Assembly: GCA_047495785.1 (NCBI GenBank)
Contig: JBLDXI010000024.1
Coordinates: 4,774,001 to 4,838,000, forward strand
Source: Lepidodermella squamata
Lineage: Eukaryota > Animalia > Gastrotricha
Direction of reading: 5' to 3'
Length of the DNA: 64,000 bases
Shown: positions 34,102 through 45,047 of the stretch, piece by piece
Layout: every line of letters starts with the position of its first letter
Numbering within the stretch: the first letter of the stretch is position 1
Position numbers and translations under genes: made by a program
Notes under the pieces: model-generated
What the model was told of the DNA's origin: nothing
What the model saw: only the letters and a program-made list of their open reading frames with translations
The model's database searches: none

Positions 34102-37100
34102 CTTTATACTTTGATTCTATTGTGATTAATTCTTAGTGATGAGTAAACTCATTCTTAACTTTAATTTATTCTTAGCTTATATCGCTATTCCGGGCATTCC
34201 TCATTTCTGAGGTTTTGAGGTTCCTAATTCCGACTGATTATCGAATATCTATTGACGGTGTGAGATACTACTAATAAGGTGGTATTAGCTCAGGCATAGC
34301 GTGACAAAGGTGTCGAATTAATCTCTTAGCTATCGCATGTTGTGCTTTTCGTATCGTGTTAATTTAAGTAAAAAATATGCAAAAGTTGGAATGCGATAAC
34401 GGCCTTCCTTAAAAAATCGGGTTTACTAGCAAGCGCTGCAGGAAGTCGAAGCAATCCCGAAAGCGATTCGCCCATCATTTGGATCCTGAAGCATCTTTTG
34501 AAGTGCGTGACGCGACGGCAAGCAAGCGCAAGCTTGTCGTATTCATTAATAATCTAGAATGAAGTCGATGAAAGCATTAATACTCATACTCGTACTCATT
34601 TTTACAGCAAATTGTTTCCCCTATTGCAAATAAGAAGATATAATGAAAACTATATGTACTGAAGAAGTTCCCAGTCTACTGAAAAGCCTTATTGAATAGG
34701 TAAAAACATATGAATGCGTGGGAAGCAAGGTCCAAGGTGTGAATAGGTTGGAAGATTCCGTCGGAGGAAGGGTGGACCGCATAGTACCATACCAAGCCTC
34801 AGAAAACTGTTTCTTCTTAAAAAAAATCTATTTTTTTGTATCATATTTTATCACATATTTACTTATTCATTTTATTTCTTTATGAAATAGCATGCGTACT
34901 TTATGTACTCAATTTTAGTAAAGAATGAATCTCTGAGTTTTTTCGGGGAGTTATGAGGCTGTTACTCCTTTTTCACCCTGGAAGTACAAGTAATAGCAGT
35001 AGCCAACGAAAGACAAGGCCAATGCGGCATAAATCACGCCAATAATTTGCAGGAAAGAGAACCGACTCTGTAACAATATAAACTGAGACTTGAGCTTAAA
35101 GTTCGTAGAAAAAGCTTAGTTACATATTCTCCCCGAACCTTGCGCCATTCTACATCGACCATCTGCCAGTTGATGTCTTTTCGCTCTGGATGCGCGCCAA
35201 AGTGATTAAAACGCGTCCTTTCGCCGAGCAGCCACCCCATTTGCTTCTGCTGCTTTTCATCTGAGCAGACAACAAGTGAAAGGCAATTTGAGAGGAATAC
35301 AGTACGACGATGATCGATTTCTTACTTAACAACGGCAGGGCTTGCTCCTTTCGATTCATCTGCAGCTTACGAGACCGCGAGACACGTATTACTATAGTTG
35401 ATTTTGCCTTACTTCTGCCTAGTTTTGAGAGTGGAGACAACAACGGAGAAGCAGGCTTTATATATGGTTACAGCATGATTCATCTTACGATCGTGATTAA
35501 TCGGCATCGGTGCGTAAATGTACACTCATTATGCATTAATTATGCAGAAACATCGGCCATCGTATACCTCTAAATCGCCAGTTTCAGGGGTAGTGGTATC
35601 TTCGTTGCTTCGTCGTGTATTTCGAGATGGGTATACTACTTTAACTTGAAAAAATTAATACCTAAGTTTACAGTTTTACAGGGTTGCTCCACCTGCGACC
35701 AGGAGAGAGTAGAGAGGGAACAAGAGGCAAGATATGATTCATCTTAAGATCGTGATTAATTTCATCATTATCTCATGCTGCCAATTGTTTACACGCGGGG
35801 ATTGATATAAATATAAAGGACCTGTCTTTTTGTGAAATGTAATTTAATTTCCGGCCTCACGACCTTCCAGGGGGCTACAGCAAAACAATAATTCCCAGAG
35901 AAAATTGCACAACATTTTAAACTCAGCATGAACATTCGATGCAATAAGTATTTCAGAAATTTCCAGATGCAGAGGTCCGGACGTGCCTGGGGTAGAGTCA
36001 ACAAAGTGTTCTTTATAACATTTTGGCCTCGGATAAAATTCTCTGATACTCGATTGGATGGTTAATTCATTCGATAAAAGAAATAATGATAAAATACTTC
36101 GCTGCGATTTTCGGATCTATTGTTGCTGTCATATTCCAGCAACCATCAATCGCTAAATTCTGGTCTCCAAGAGAACAGCGTTTCGTGCAGTTCTTCCTAC
36201 CTATGGATGAACAGGCTGGATTGACAGACATAGCGCAAAAGGCAAACGTAACGCCAGGTGGGATCCTGCAAGCTAACCCTGGACCATGCCTGGACCTTTC
36301 GGTGTTGAGAAAAAATCCTACAGCATCGGTAGTACTCAAGTTTGCAGCGTCACGGCTACTTTTGCCAACGAATTCTCCATTTCTTTCTAACTAAAATCCT
36401 GACGCTGCACATTCATCGAGTGCAAGCCGTGGACTATTTGTTTTTTTCGAGTTGCACTGACTCCAATATGCTCTCGCTAGCATACGCCACATCAGATTCT
36501 AGTTTAACGCCCCAGCGAACACAGGGCTCGATCGGGTCGTTGGCCAGAGCAGTAAACTCAGGCCGGTGGAACTTCATCGCAATCACCTACACTTCTAACT
36601 CGTTGTGCGTGACAGTTTATGTTGACGACCAAGTCTACGCCAACGCGAGTTACAACTTAACTTCAATGATGATTTCCAAGGCTCGAACATTAGCGATTGG
36701 GACTTCCGGGAGTTCGAAGATGGCGGCAACAGACGCCGTCGCCTGTGTCATGGCGCATAACCAGGAATTGGGAGGGGATGACATGCGCCAATTGCAGGAG
36801 TACTGCCGCACCTGGCGGGTCAAGTTGGCGACTACAGTGCTGACGTGGCCGGAGAATGAGAACTTGCTGCTTTTCTGCCGATGGTCGACTACTCGTATTT
36901 GGCAGACGTCGCGCGTGGGACTACTAACAGAATAGATGGTTGGAATGATGTGAAGAACGCGCTAGCTAGGAGCAACCGCACATTCACCCGAATTCATCAT
37001 ATTCCGTCAAAAGCATATTCGTCATATTCGTCAATAGAATTGCGAATGTATATCTCTAGCCAAGTACCCTAGATACTTGATACTAGATCCATGACGCCAG

Positions 37101-37125
37101 CCTTTTACATCTACATCAAGAACAC

Positions 37126-39763
37126 CCCAGTCGAACACGAGTTAGCTAACAGTTAGCTAATATCAAGTTAACCATTTTCGAAAGACGTTAGCTAACGGTT
37201 ACGTTGCCCAGTGAGCATAATATGACGTTACGGAATACTAACCTGATGCTAATCGTTATATAACGGCAATGTAGCCATAAGCTAACATATAAAAAGCCAC
37301 ATTTTTCACAGGTTTCTATTATTTATTTCAATGATCAGGTATATAAATTGGTTAAGAAGTTACAAACAAGAAGTCAGGTGACAGTTTCCAGGCACCGACA
37401 AGTATAATAGTCGTGAGAGACAGTGGAAGTAGTTATTCATTTTACAAAGAAGAAGATAATTATAACAACTTTGCACCAGAAAAATGACCAGAGAGTGAGC
37501 TTTTCGTGAGATAGAATTGGGTCTCAACATCTTCGAAGTACTTGGTCGCATTAACACCAGAGTGCATTTGAGCAATGAATATAGTGAACAATTGGTTGAC
37601 CCTAAAGTTAGAAAATCAGCAAGAAAAATACGCAAAATCACTGCACGGTATCAATTTGAGAAAGAGGGAAGATAAAAAATATGAGATCGAGGCCCTTGAA
37701 CTACAAGAACTATCAACGTCACCTCCATTCTTCATTCCGCGTCATCGCCTACCATCGCCATCGCCATCGCCGCCCCGGTTCCTCCATCAGCCACGTGAGC
37801 TCCAGCCATCGTCGCTCAACATCGCATTACCAAGTAGCCGTAAAGATTTCAGCTGGAAATTCGGCTGGAAAAGCTGGAAAAGAGAGAACAAGTTGATCGA
37901 AAATGTTCACGGGCGATTCAGCTCACCGAGAATAGAGGCCACTTTTCCCGTTTTTGAAAGTTTTAAGTCCGTCCTAAAAACATAAAAACAGCTACAAACC
38001 AAAAAACCAATTATCCATGTTACCTGTTAGATATTGAGAAACAGTTCTCCAACACTAGGCTCGCAATCGCCATTTAGATCTGCCAGAAACGCCAAATTCC
38101 CTGCAAAATGATGAGTGAAATGAGTGAAATACGAATTTTAGTTTGTGTTGAGTTCGATTACCTAAGCCCATTATGAGATTCGCCAGTAGCAGTGAGCACA
38201 GTAAAATAATTTCTACGGAAAATTGATAAAGAACTCATAAGAAATCAGTCATATGATGAAGAAGTATGGTTATGAAAGAAAACTGCTAAAAACGATGTTC
38301 ATTAGTAAACGTCAAGTGTTGTTATGAATGACGACGATAAACGCAGAAGGCAAGTAATAATCGACGTGGCTGGTTAGTGTGCGCGCGTGCTCGTTTTTAT
38401 TACCCCCTAATAATGTGAGCCGCCGACGAAAAGATGCGAGGAGGTCAGGTCAGCTTCCACACAGCCAGACGACGTGGCCGTTATTATTTCTGCCTGCTGT
38501 ACAATTTACATGACGAAAATTAATCTGTGTGCCCCATTTCCAATCAGGATTGCCTCCGTTGAGCCAGGTGTAAATTGAGTGAAATTCGGAAGGTTTAGAG
38601 AAGTGAAGGTGCAAGAACGAGAAGCTCTTCAATTTAAAACACCTGTGTCTTGATTAAAGAGGAAAGTCGACGCTACAATTTTCAGCAAACATGTTTACCA
38701 GTTATTTAAGGAGGATTTTTTTTATTTTCAAATATTTCCTAATTAACCGAAAATTCTTATTTTACCTATGCATCGTGAATTTCACTGTCAAATCGTTGAT
38801 TATTTTAAGCAGTAATTATCTGCATCAGTTGCCTCTAATTAATCTATAAATTTAAAATCGGTTTTTAAAGAGTCGATATAAATTAAATTGTTGCCAATGC
38901 GGTCGTTTTGGTAAAATATTGTGAGTTGTTGTCCAGCAAACTCTATGGGGTAGTTGCTCGAAGGTTCTTTACGTTAATGTCAATTAGCCTGATTAGGCCG
39001 AATTTCTCTCTGTTAAGCTTCAATTCAGTGTTAAGTTGCATTCATTATGCAATATAAATTTTTGTTTATTACGCACTTAAAAGGAACATTTATTTTTATT
39101 TTCACTCTTTTAAAATTAGAAGACCACTAATTGACGATCTGCTGATAAATGAACGATAAAAATAAAGAGCCTTCGAGCAACTACCCCTATGATTTCCGCA
39201 CTTGAAGCATCGATTAGCCATACTATTTTGAAGTGAAACTTGAGGGGATAATAATTAATAGCTCATCAGTCATCAGTTATCAGTTTTACGGATTGAAACT
39301 TGATTTTTCAAGCTGAAAGCATTTGATTGGAAGAGACTCGAACCTCTAGAAATCAATCAGCAGATCAATCAGCAGATTATGATTTATTATTATTTATTAT
39401 AAATGTTTTATTTGTCTGGGCTTCATTTAATCTGCAACAATTCATTCAACTCGTTCTTTTCATGTGGATTCCAAGTTTTGTCCATGATAGGCTGTGATTT
39501 TAACTTGTAGACACTGCGAAAATTAGTTTGTTTTCGACCTCATCACTCGTCAGCTATCCGATAGATGACTGCAACGATGTCGAAATATAGTTTGAAAGGT
39601 TAATAATAAGCAGCGTGCGACTAGCTAACGGTTGCCTAACCTGTTCCAGCGGCGTTTTTAGATGATATGTGACGTTTAGCTAACGAGAACGTAACTAGTG
39701 CCGAAATAGCTAACCATAATCTAACCATTATATAACTATTAACCTAACGGGCGTTCGACTGGG
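37126..39763. mobile_element. Non-autonomous CMC/EnSpm-like DNA transposon, 2.6 kb
   Basis: Termini CCCAGTCGAAC...GTTCGACTGGG, 2-bp TSD AC, subterminal GTTAGCTAAC repeats; removing it restores the host frame YIKNTTVTRG. Confidence 0.85.
38947..39187. mobile_element. PIF/Harbinger-like MITE nested in the 2.6-kb element
   Basis: 25-bp TIR GGGGTAGTTGCTCGAAGG(T/C)TCTTTA; TAT on both flanks. Confidence 0.8.
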
Positions 39764-40447
39764 ACAACTGTGACTCGTGGTATAATTGGATACTTCTCTA
39801 CTCAAACTACAACAAGACATTTTTTCCGGGTTTTATACGAAGTTTCGAATCGGCTTCGAATCGTTAATGTTTCGAACACAATTGGTCTCCATTCAATTCA
39901 GAATAACAGTTGGGTTTTTATATCGTACGATGCGGAATTAACGGCCTTTAACGGCATCAGCTGGAGCCTTTGTTGGATTTCATGCCTACTGCTTTCGTGT
40001 AATGAACAGCACTATTCATGGACCTTAATACATCATAGGTATCTCATAAAATCAATAACAGAACGACCTTCTGGAATGAATTATTAATATTTCACTGGAA
40101 TTTATTTCTGTAACGAGGAGAAATCGGATGATTTTCCAATAGAATTTGTGTGACTCTTCTATCTCAGCGTCACTGTGTTATTTTTTTAACATGTAATCTT
40201 CATTTTACGCAAAATTTTGAAATGATTCAACCTTTTTCAGTCTTGAATTATCCACTGCTGTAAAAAACAGTCCGAAAAATTCTGATATTCTGTGTATTTC
40301 GTGAAATATAATCCAATAATGTATTTGTACTAGTTCCACGATAGCAATGGATTGCCATGAAGTGAGACAGTGGAACTTTGTAGCTTCTGCTTATACTCTC
40401 AATCCAGCGACTTGACATTGTGTGACCACTTAAAAGTCCAATCCAAT

Positions 40448-40721
40448 GCGCACGCTGATTGGTCAATCGATCGTTGCTATGACTCCCGGATGAAACATGT
40501 TGGTCGTGCGATCCATAAGATTTTTTGCAACAAGTGTTTTTTGCCGCAGCAATTTACCACCATTAATATGGAGTTTACGCTTGTGGTCAATGGAAACCGT
40601 GCAGAGGGTGTGGCAAGGTCATTTTTTGCATAAATATAAAATAATTTATTAGTGGATCGCACGACTAAATTGTTTCATTCCGGAGTTATTAGCAACGATA
40701 AATTGACCAATCAGCGTGCGC
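40448..40721. mobile_element. Inverted-repeat element (MITE-like)
   Basis: ~68-bp imperfect IR starting with a perfect 20-mer GCGCACGCTGATTGGTCAAT. Confidence 0.7.
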
Positions 40722-40754
40722 GCCAAAGTTCAACTTACCAGCGGTTCCACAATG

Positions 40755-40777
40755 GAGTTCGATTCTCGATGGGACCT
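40755..40777 (+). pseudogene. 3' fragment of tRNA-Gln
   Basis: GAGTTCGATTCTCGATGGGACCT followed by the same Gln-Ala spacer as the other cassette copies. Confidence 0.75.
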
Positions 40778-40877
40778 TGATAAGTTTTTTCAAACAAACT
40801 TTCAGCTCACTCTCAACTGATGGAATCTTTCGATCATAATATTTGTTACCATTCAAACCTTTTCTTGCACTAGCTTA

Positions 40878-40949
40878 GGGGGCATAGCTCAGTGGTAGAG
40901 CGTCTCATTCGCATTGTGAAGGTCTCGGGTTCAATCCCCGATGCCTCCA
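40878..40949 (+). tRNA. trnA: tRNA-Ala(CGC)
   Basis: Identical to 2586-2657, inverted. Confidence 0.9.
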
Positions 40950-41583
40950 GTTGGCACTTTTTCGCTTTTTTGGATTTAGCAACTTTCCTTTTGGCGAAAA
41001 TTCTGCATCTAGTGACTGCATCAAGGTCCTGGGATTTTTTGATTTTTCAAAAGTAATTTGTCGAAATCATAATCAAAATATCCAGGAATAATTGGAGTTT
41101 GATTGAACGCACACTATTTTTCATGCCGACAATTTCATTAACGTGGCATATATTCAAAGTAGAAAATCGTTTTATTAAAAATCCAGATCGAAAATAACCG
41201 CGGAAATTAGAATTAGACAAAATTTTATTGTTATATCGACTTCGTTTCGTGAGAATAATGAAATAAACTCAAGTCGTTAGGCATGACGATGGCAATCAGT
41301 TATTGGTTTAACAATCCTGCAAAAACGCATCAGAAAAAACCGCAGTAAAAGCGAATACCGTGTCATGAAGAATCGGGGTACTGCGGTTGGGAGAGTGACG
41401 CCTATAACCCCAAGCCAATTGAAACGCAAAGGAAATAAAAAGATAATATCAGGCACTGCGGCTTGTTTGATAGGATGTCAATCTCGAAATAACTCGAAGT
41501 GCGTGCAGGGAGAAAGGGTGGGGGCATTGCGCCGAGCCAAAAGTCGGAAAGTAGCAATTTCAACGCATCGAACAACCAACATT

Positions 41584-44376
41584 ATGAAAGGGGGAACACT
41601 GGTTTCATCTACTACTTCAGCCTTGCTTTTGATGGCTAATGTTGTTGTATCCTTGGCTTTCTTTCCTAAGCAGGGTCAACTGCAGTTCTTCTTGCCAATG
41701 GATGAGTCTGCTGGACTAAACGATGTCAGTAAGACGACAGCAACAGCAGCTACTGAAGGCGTTCTGCAAACCTCTATTAATGGACCTAACGGGCTCCCGA
41801 ATTCATCTTACGGCGTCGGAACCACAAGCGTTTGCTCGGTTGCTTTAACGAAAAAATCGCCAGATATGGCAATCTCGTTCAATTTCTTCCCGGATTACAC
41901 AAGCACCGGTGGGGGGTTATTCACTCTATCTAGCAAGGCTGTGTCGAACTTATTGACAGCAGGTTACAATAATTCAGCATTCTATGTTAGGCTGCAAGGC
42001 GTCGAACTTGGAAAGGCTTCTTATGCTTCGAAAGAAGGACAATGGATCCACATAGTTGTTACCTACAGATATAGCTACAGTTCACTTCTTGTTTACGTAG
42101 GTGAAACCTTCAAAAGCTTTGACAATGTGACTTTAAGTCTGGACAACCTTCAAAAAATCACGATAGGGAGATCTGAAGACGCTCCAATGGGAAAAACCGA
42201 CGCCATTGCATGTTTTTCGCAATTTACGAGGACTTTAGCCAAGGATGAGCATAGCCAACTACTTGGGGCTTGCGGCGATTGGAAGGCGAAGTCGTCCGTA
42301 ATAGTCAACTCATCATGGCCATATGATAAAAATTTGCAATTTCTGCTACCCATGGATGACTATTCCTATCTAAACGATGTATCTTCACGAGCTGAAACTA
42401 ACGGTTCGTTCAACCAAGGCGTTATGGGAGCACTTCAGAAATCGTTTAATGGACCATTTGGATCTGCTACTTCCTCCCATCGGCCCGTAGGAAACCGAGT
42501 TGCCAATGCTTATCCTTTGACGATGCCGAAATCTCTAACCATCGCATTTTACGTTTACATTGGCAGCCAATATACAGATACTCGCGGTCTTGTTGGCTAC
42601 TACAACATCGCATCTAATAAATATATTTTTCGCTTAGCTTTCATAGCACCATATTATTTAGTAATCTTCGCAGGAAATATTGAGATCGCTAGGCATTACA
42701 CTCTGCAACCTAGCGTTTGGCACTTCGTGGCAATCACTTTCAATGATAAGACTTCAGAGCTGACAATTTACACCGACTCACTGAGCCTTGGAACCTATCC
42801 CGTTACAGGGCTTGATTTCTCGAACGCGGACTTCACATCCTTCGGCATCATGCTCGAAAATGAAAGTAGTGGTTCCGAGTTGAAATTACGTGATACTGAT
42901 GGTTTGGCATGTGCCTTCCAGTACGACATCCCTCTTGGGCTGGCGGAAATCACAGCCCTGCCTGGTGCTTGCAAATATTGGCGAAGTTCTCAACTGACAA
43001 CGACAACTTCGTCAGCTTCATCTACAGCAAGCACGACGATCCAGGCTACAACTACTTCAAGGACAACGACAACCCGGGCATCACCAACAGGGCAAACCTC
43101 AACTTTAAGTTCAACAACTTCAACTAGGTCCCCTACCACTTCAAGGCCGACTACTACATTACCTCTGTCTATGGTGAGAGCTGTGACCGAAGGTATTGCA
43201 CCATCGACTACGACTGCCGCTACAACATATGCACCGAATTTAGGAAGCAAGCTCGCGAGACCTCCCTCAGTACTTGAAAGCCTGATTCCGCAAATGCCAA
43301 CAATTTCGACAGAGCCACAACATGCCGGCGCGTTGATGAAAGAATGCGATCACTTCTCATCCGATCGCTTCGTTCCGCCAAACAATGGCAACCCAACAGT
43401 GGTAACGATAGCATTCAATGTTGCTAGCCTTAATGAGGTCAGTAACGTGGAAGAGACAATAGAAGTCGTTGGTAATGTATTTCTATCGTGGAATGTCACA
43501 ACTTGCCCACTCAACAGTTCGTCGGTGATCATCAAACGAGTGGAGCCTCTCTATGTCCCGTCGCCCGATCTTGTTTGGATTCCGAAACTTCGATTTCCAT
43601 CGATTGCAAGCGGGAACGTTTTTATGAAGGAAACTTCAAGCGAGCCTTACGGCAGGGACCTGACTGTCAAAGTCACGCCAGGCAAGAATAATTTCACCTT
43701 TGACTTCTTCTGGACCAGCGAAGGGATCTACAAGTCGAGCTGTGAGCTGGATCTAGGGCCGTTTCCTTTTGACCGGCAGATCTGTGCAATCTCGATTGAA
43801 ATGGCCAGGCCTACGAGCGTAGTCCTATTTGATCAGAGCGCAGAATTATTCTCGTGGCAGGATCTGGTTACAACGGAGTGGCGTTTGGTGTCTTCGTCAG
43901 TAAAATACGGGAAATCGCGATTCAAGGGCTACGATGTTCACAGTGTCGATTTTATCGTCGAGCTCGCGAGAATTCCAGACTATTATGTTATCAACCTCGG
44001 CTTACCGAGTGCTTTGCTGGCTGTTATTGATTTGGCCACGTTTCTGATGCCACCGGATGTCCCAGATCGGCCGAATTTCGCGATCACTACCCTACTCGCG
44101 CTTACCGTAGCGCAATCCGATGTTATGAGTCAGTTGCCGAAAAGTCAGGAAAGAATTTTGCTGGGCGACTACATAAAAGGAACGGGACTTTTTGCTGCAG
44201 CCATCGCTATCTATCACCTTCTGGCGTGCCTTCTTGCCGTCACTGATTGGGGCGAGCGGCGGGTCTTGCGCAAGAGGTTGAGTTTCATTCGAATTTTGGA
44301 TCTACTGGTTTTTCTGGCTGCGCTCGTGGCTTTTATTACAATTCATGCTTATTTCGCGAGAGCGGCGCAAAACTAG
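41584..44376 (+). CDS. Chimeric 2x LamG/ConA-like + Ser/Thr stalk + Cys-loop ion channel subunit (copy 2, ~930 aa, intronless)
   Basis: Single ORF (open from 41365); ATG 41584 precedes the signal peptide; QFFLPMDE and QFLLPMDD repeats, GQWIHIVVT, VWHFVAIT; Cys-loop CELDLGPFPFDRQIC; four TM helices. Confidence 0.92.
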   Translation: MKGGTLVSSTTSALLLMANVVVSLAFFPKQGQLQFFLPMDESAGLNDVSKTTATAATEGVLQTSINGPNGLPNSSYGVGTTSVCSVALTKKSPDMAISFNFFPDYTSTGGGLFTLSSKAVSNLLTAGYNNSAFYVRLQGVELGKASYASKEGQWIHIVVTYRYSYSSLLVYVGETFKSFDNVTLSLDNLQKITIGRSEDAPMGKTDAIACFSQFTRTLAKDEHSQLLGACGDWKAKSSVIVNSSWPYDKNLQFLLPMDDYSYLNDVSSRAETNGSFNQGVMGALQKSFNGPFGSATSSHRPVGNRVANAYPLTMPKSLTIAFYVYIGSQYTDTRGLVGYYNIASNKYIFRLAFIAPYYLVIFAGNIEIARHYTLQPSVWHFVAITFNDKTSELTIYTDSLSLGTYPVTGLDFSNADFTSFGIMLENESSGSELKLRDTDGLACAFQYDIPLGLAEITALPGACKYWRSSQLTTTTSSASSTASTTIQATTTSRTTTTRASPTGQTSTLSSTTSTRSPTTSRPTTTLPLSMVRAVTEGIAPSTTTAATTYAPNLGSKLARPPSVLESLIPQMPTISTEPQHAGALMKECDHFSSDRFVPPNNGNPTVVTIAFNVASLNEVSNVEETIEVVGNVFLSWNVTTCPLNSSSVIIKRVEPLYVPSPDLVWIPKLRFPSIASGNVFMKETSSEPYGRDLTVKVTPGKNNFTFDFFWTSEGIYKSSCELDLGPFPFDRQICAISIEMARPTSVVLFDQSAELFSWQDLVTTEWRLVSSSVKYGKSRFKGYDVHSVDFIVELARIPDYYVINLGLPSALLAVIDLATFLMPPDVPDRPNFAITTLLALTVAQSDVMSQLPKSQERILLGDYIKGTGLFAAAIAIYHLLACLLAVTDWGERRVLRKRLSFIRILDLLVFLAALVAFITIHAYFARAAQN

Positions 44377-45047
44377 AGCCGCAATGTCCTCTATTTTTAA
44401 TCAATTGTTTGCTCTGTAAGTTAGAAATGAATATCACAGGTTATGGTTGAATTTTATGAAATTTAAAAATGGCTTTCTCTTTTTCACTTAATATGTAACG
44501 ATTTCATATATACTTGTTGAACATATTCTCGATGGATATTCTGACGTTATTTTATTTATTAAGTTATTTTAATCATCTTTTCTTGGTTAAATGCGGCCAT
44601 GGTCGAGGTAGTGTAAGTGTATCCTAATCCTTTTCAAATCCTTCAGATCTTTCTGTCAATAAAACGCGAATCTCTGCAAGATTGGTTTTTTTAGAAAACA
44701 GCAGGAGAAAATGAACGCACTAGAAATTTGCTTGCAACCATTTTCAAATAGGAGATTTCACGAATTTCGGGAATATTTTGATGAATGTGCATTATTTCAG
44801 CCGTCTCTTGATATAGCTAACGGCAGCACTCAGATATTCCTTTTCCAGTCAGTTGTGGTTTTTGTTAGGCCGATTGGCCCAACTGAAACAATTTTTTTTC
44901 GAAAACTATTCGACTTGAGAAAATAAAAAAATCCCGATTCATCACCAATCCAGAGTTTATTACAATAACAAATCGATTAATAAAACAGAAGTAATATATC
45001 ACCGGTCAATTAAGGAAGGCACTCATCAGTTCATCAACATCGCAATT

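Larger units (their letters stand above)
36086..40028 (+). pseudogene. Pseudogene of the LamG-Cys-loop family
   Basis: FWSPREQRFVQFFLPMDE, GRWNFIAIT, DAVAC...EYCRTW with frameshifts; transposon insertion at 37126-39763; resumes TRGIIGYFS...FFRVLYE; jumps to the terminal FVGFHAYCFRVMN. Confidence 0.88.

Noticed and set aside
37575-38632. Transposase or captured gene inside the 2.6-kb element
   Set aside because: No DDE or other recognisable motif; ORFs are short and partly low-complexity
41365-41583. 73-aa N-terminal extension of chimeric channel copy 2
   Set aside because: Basic, non-signal sequence absent from paralogs; ATG 41584 gives a proper signal peptide
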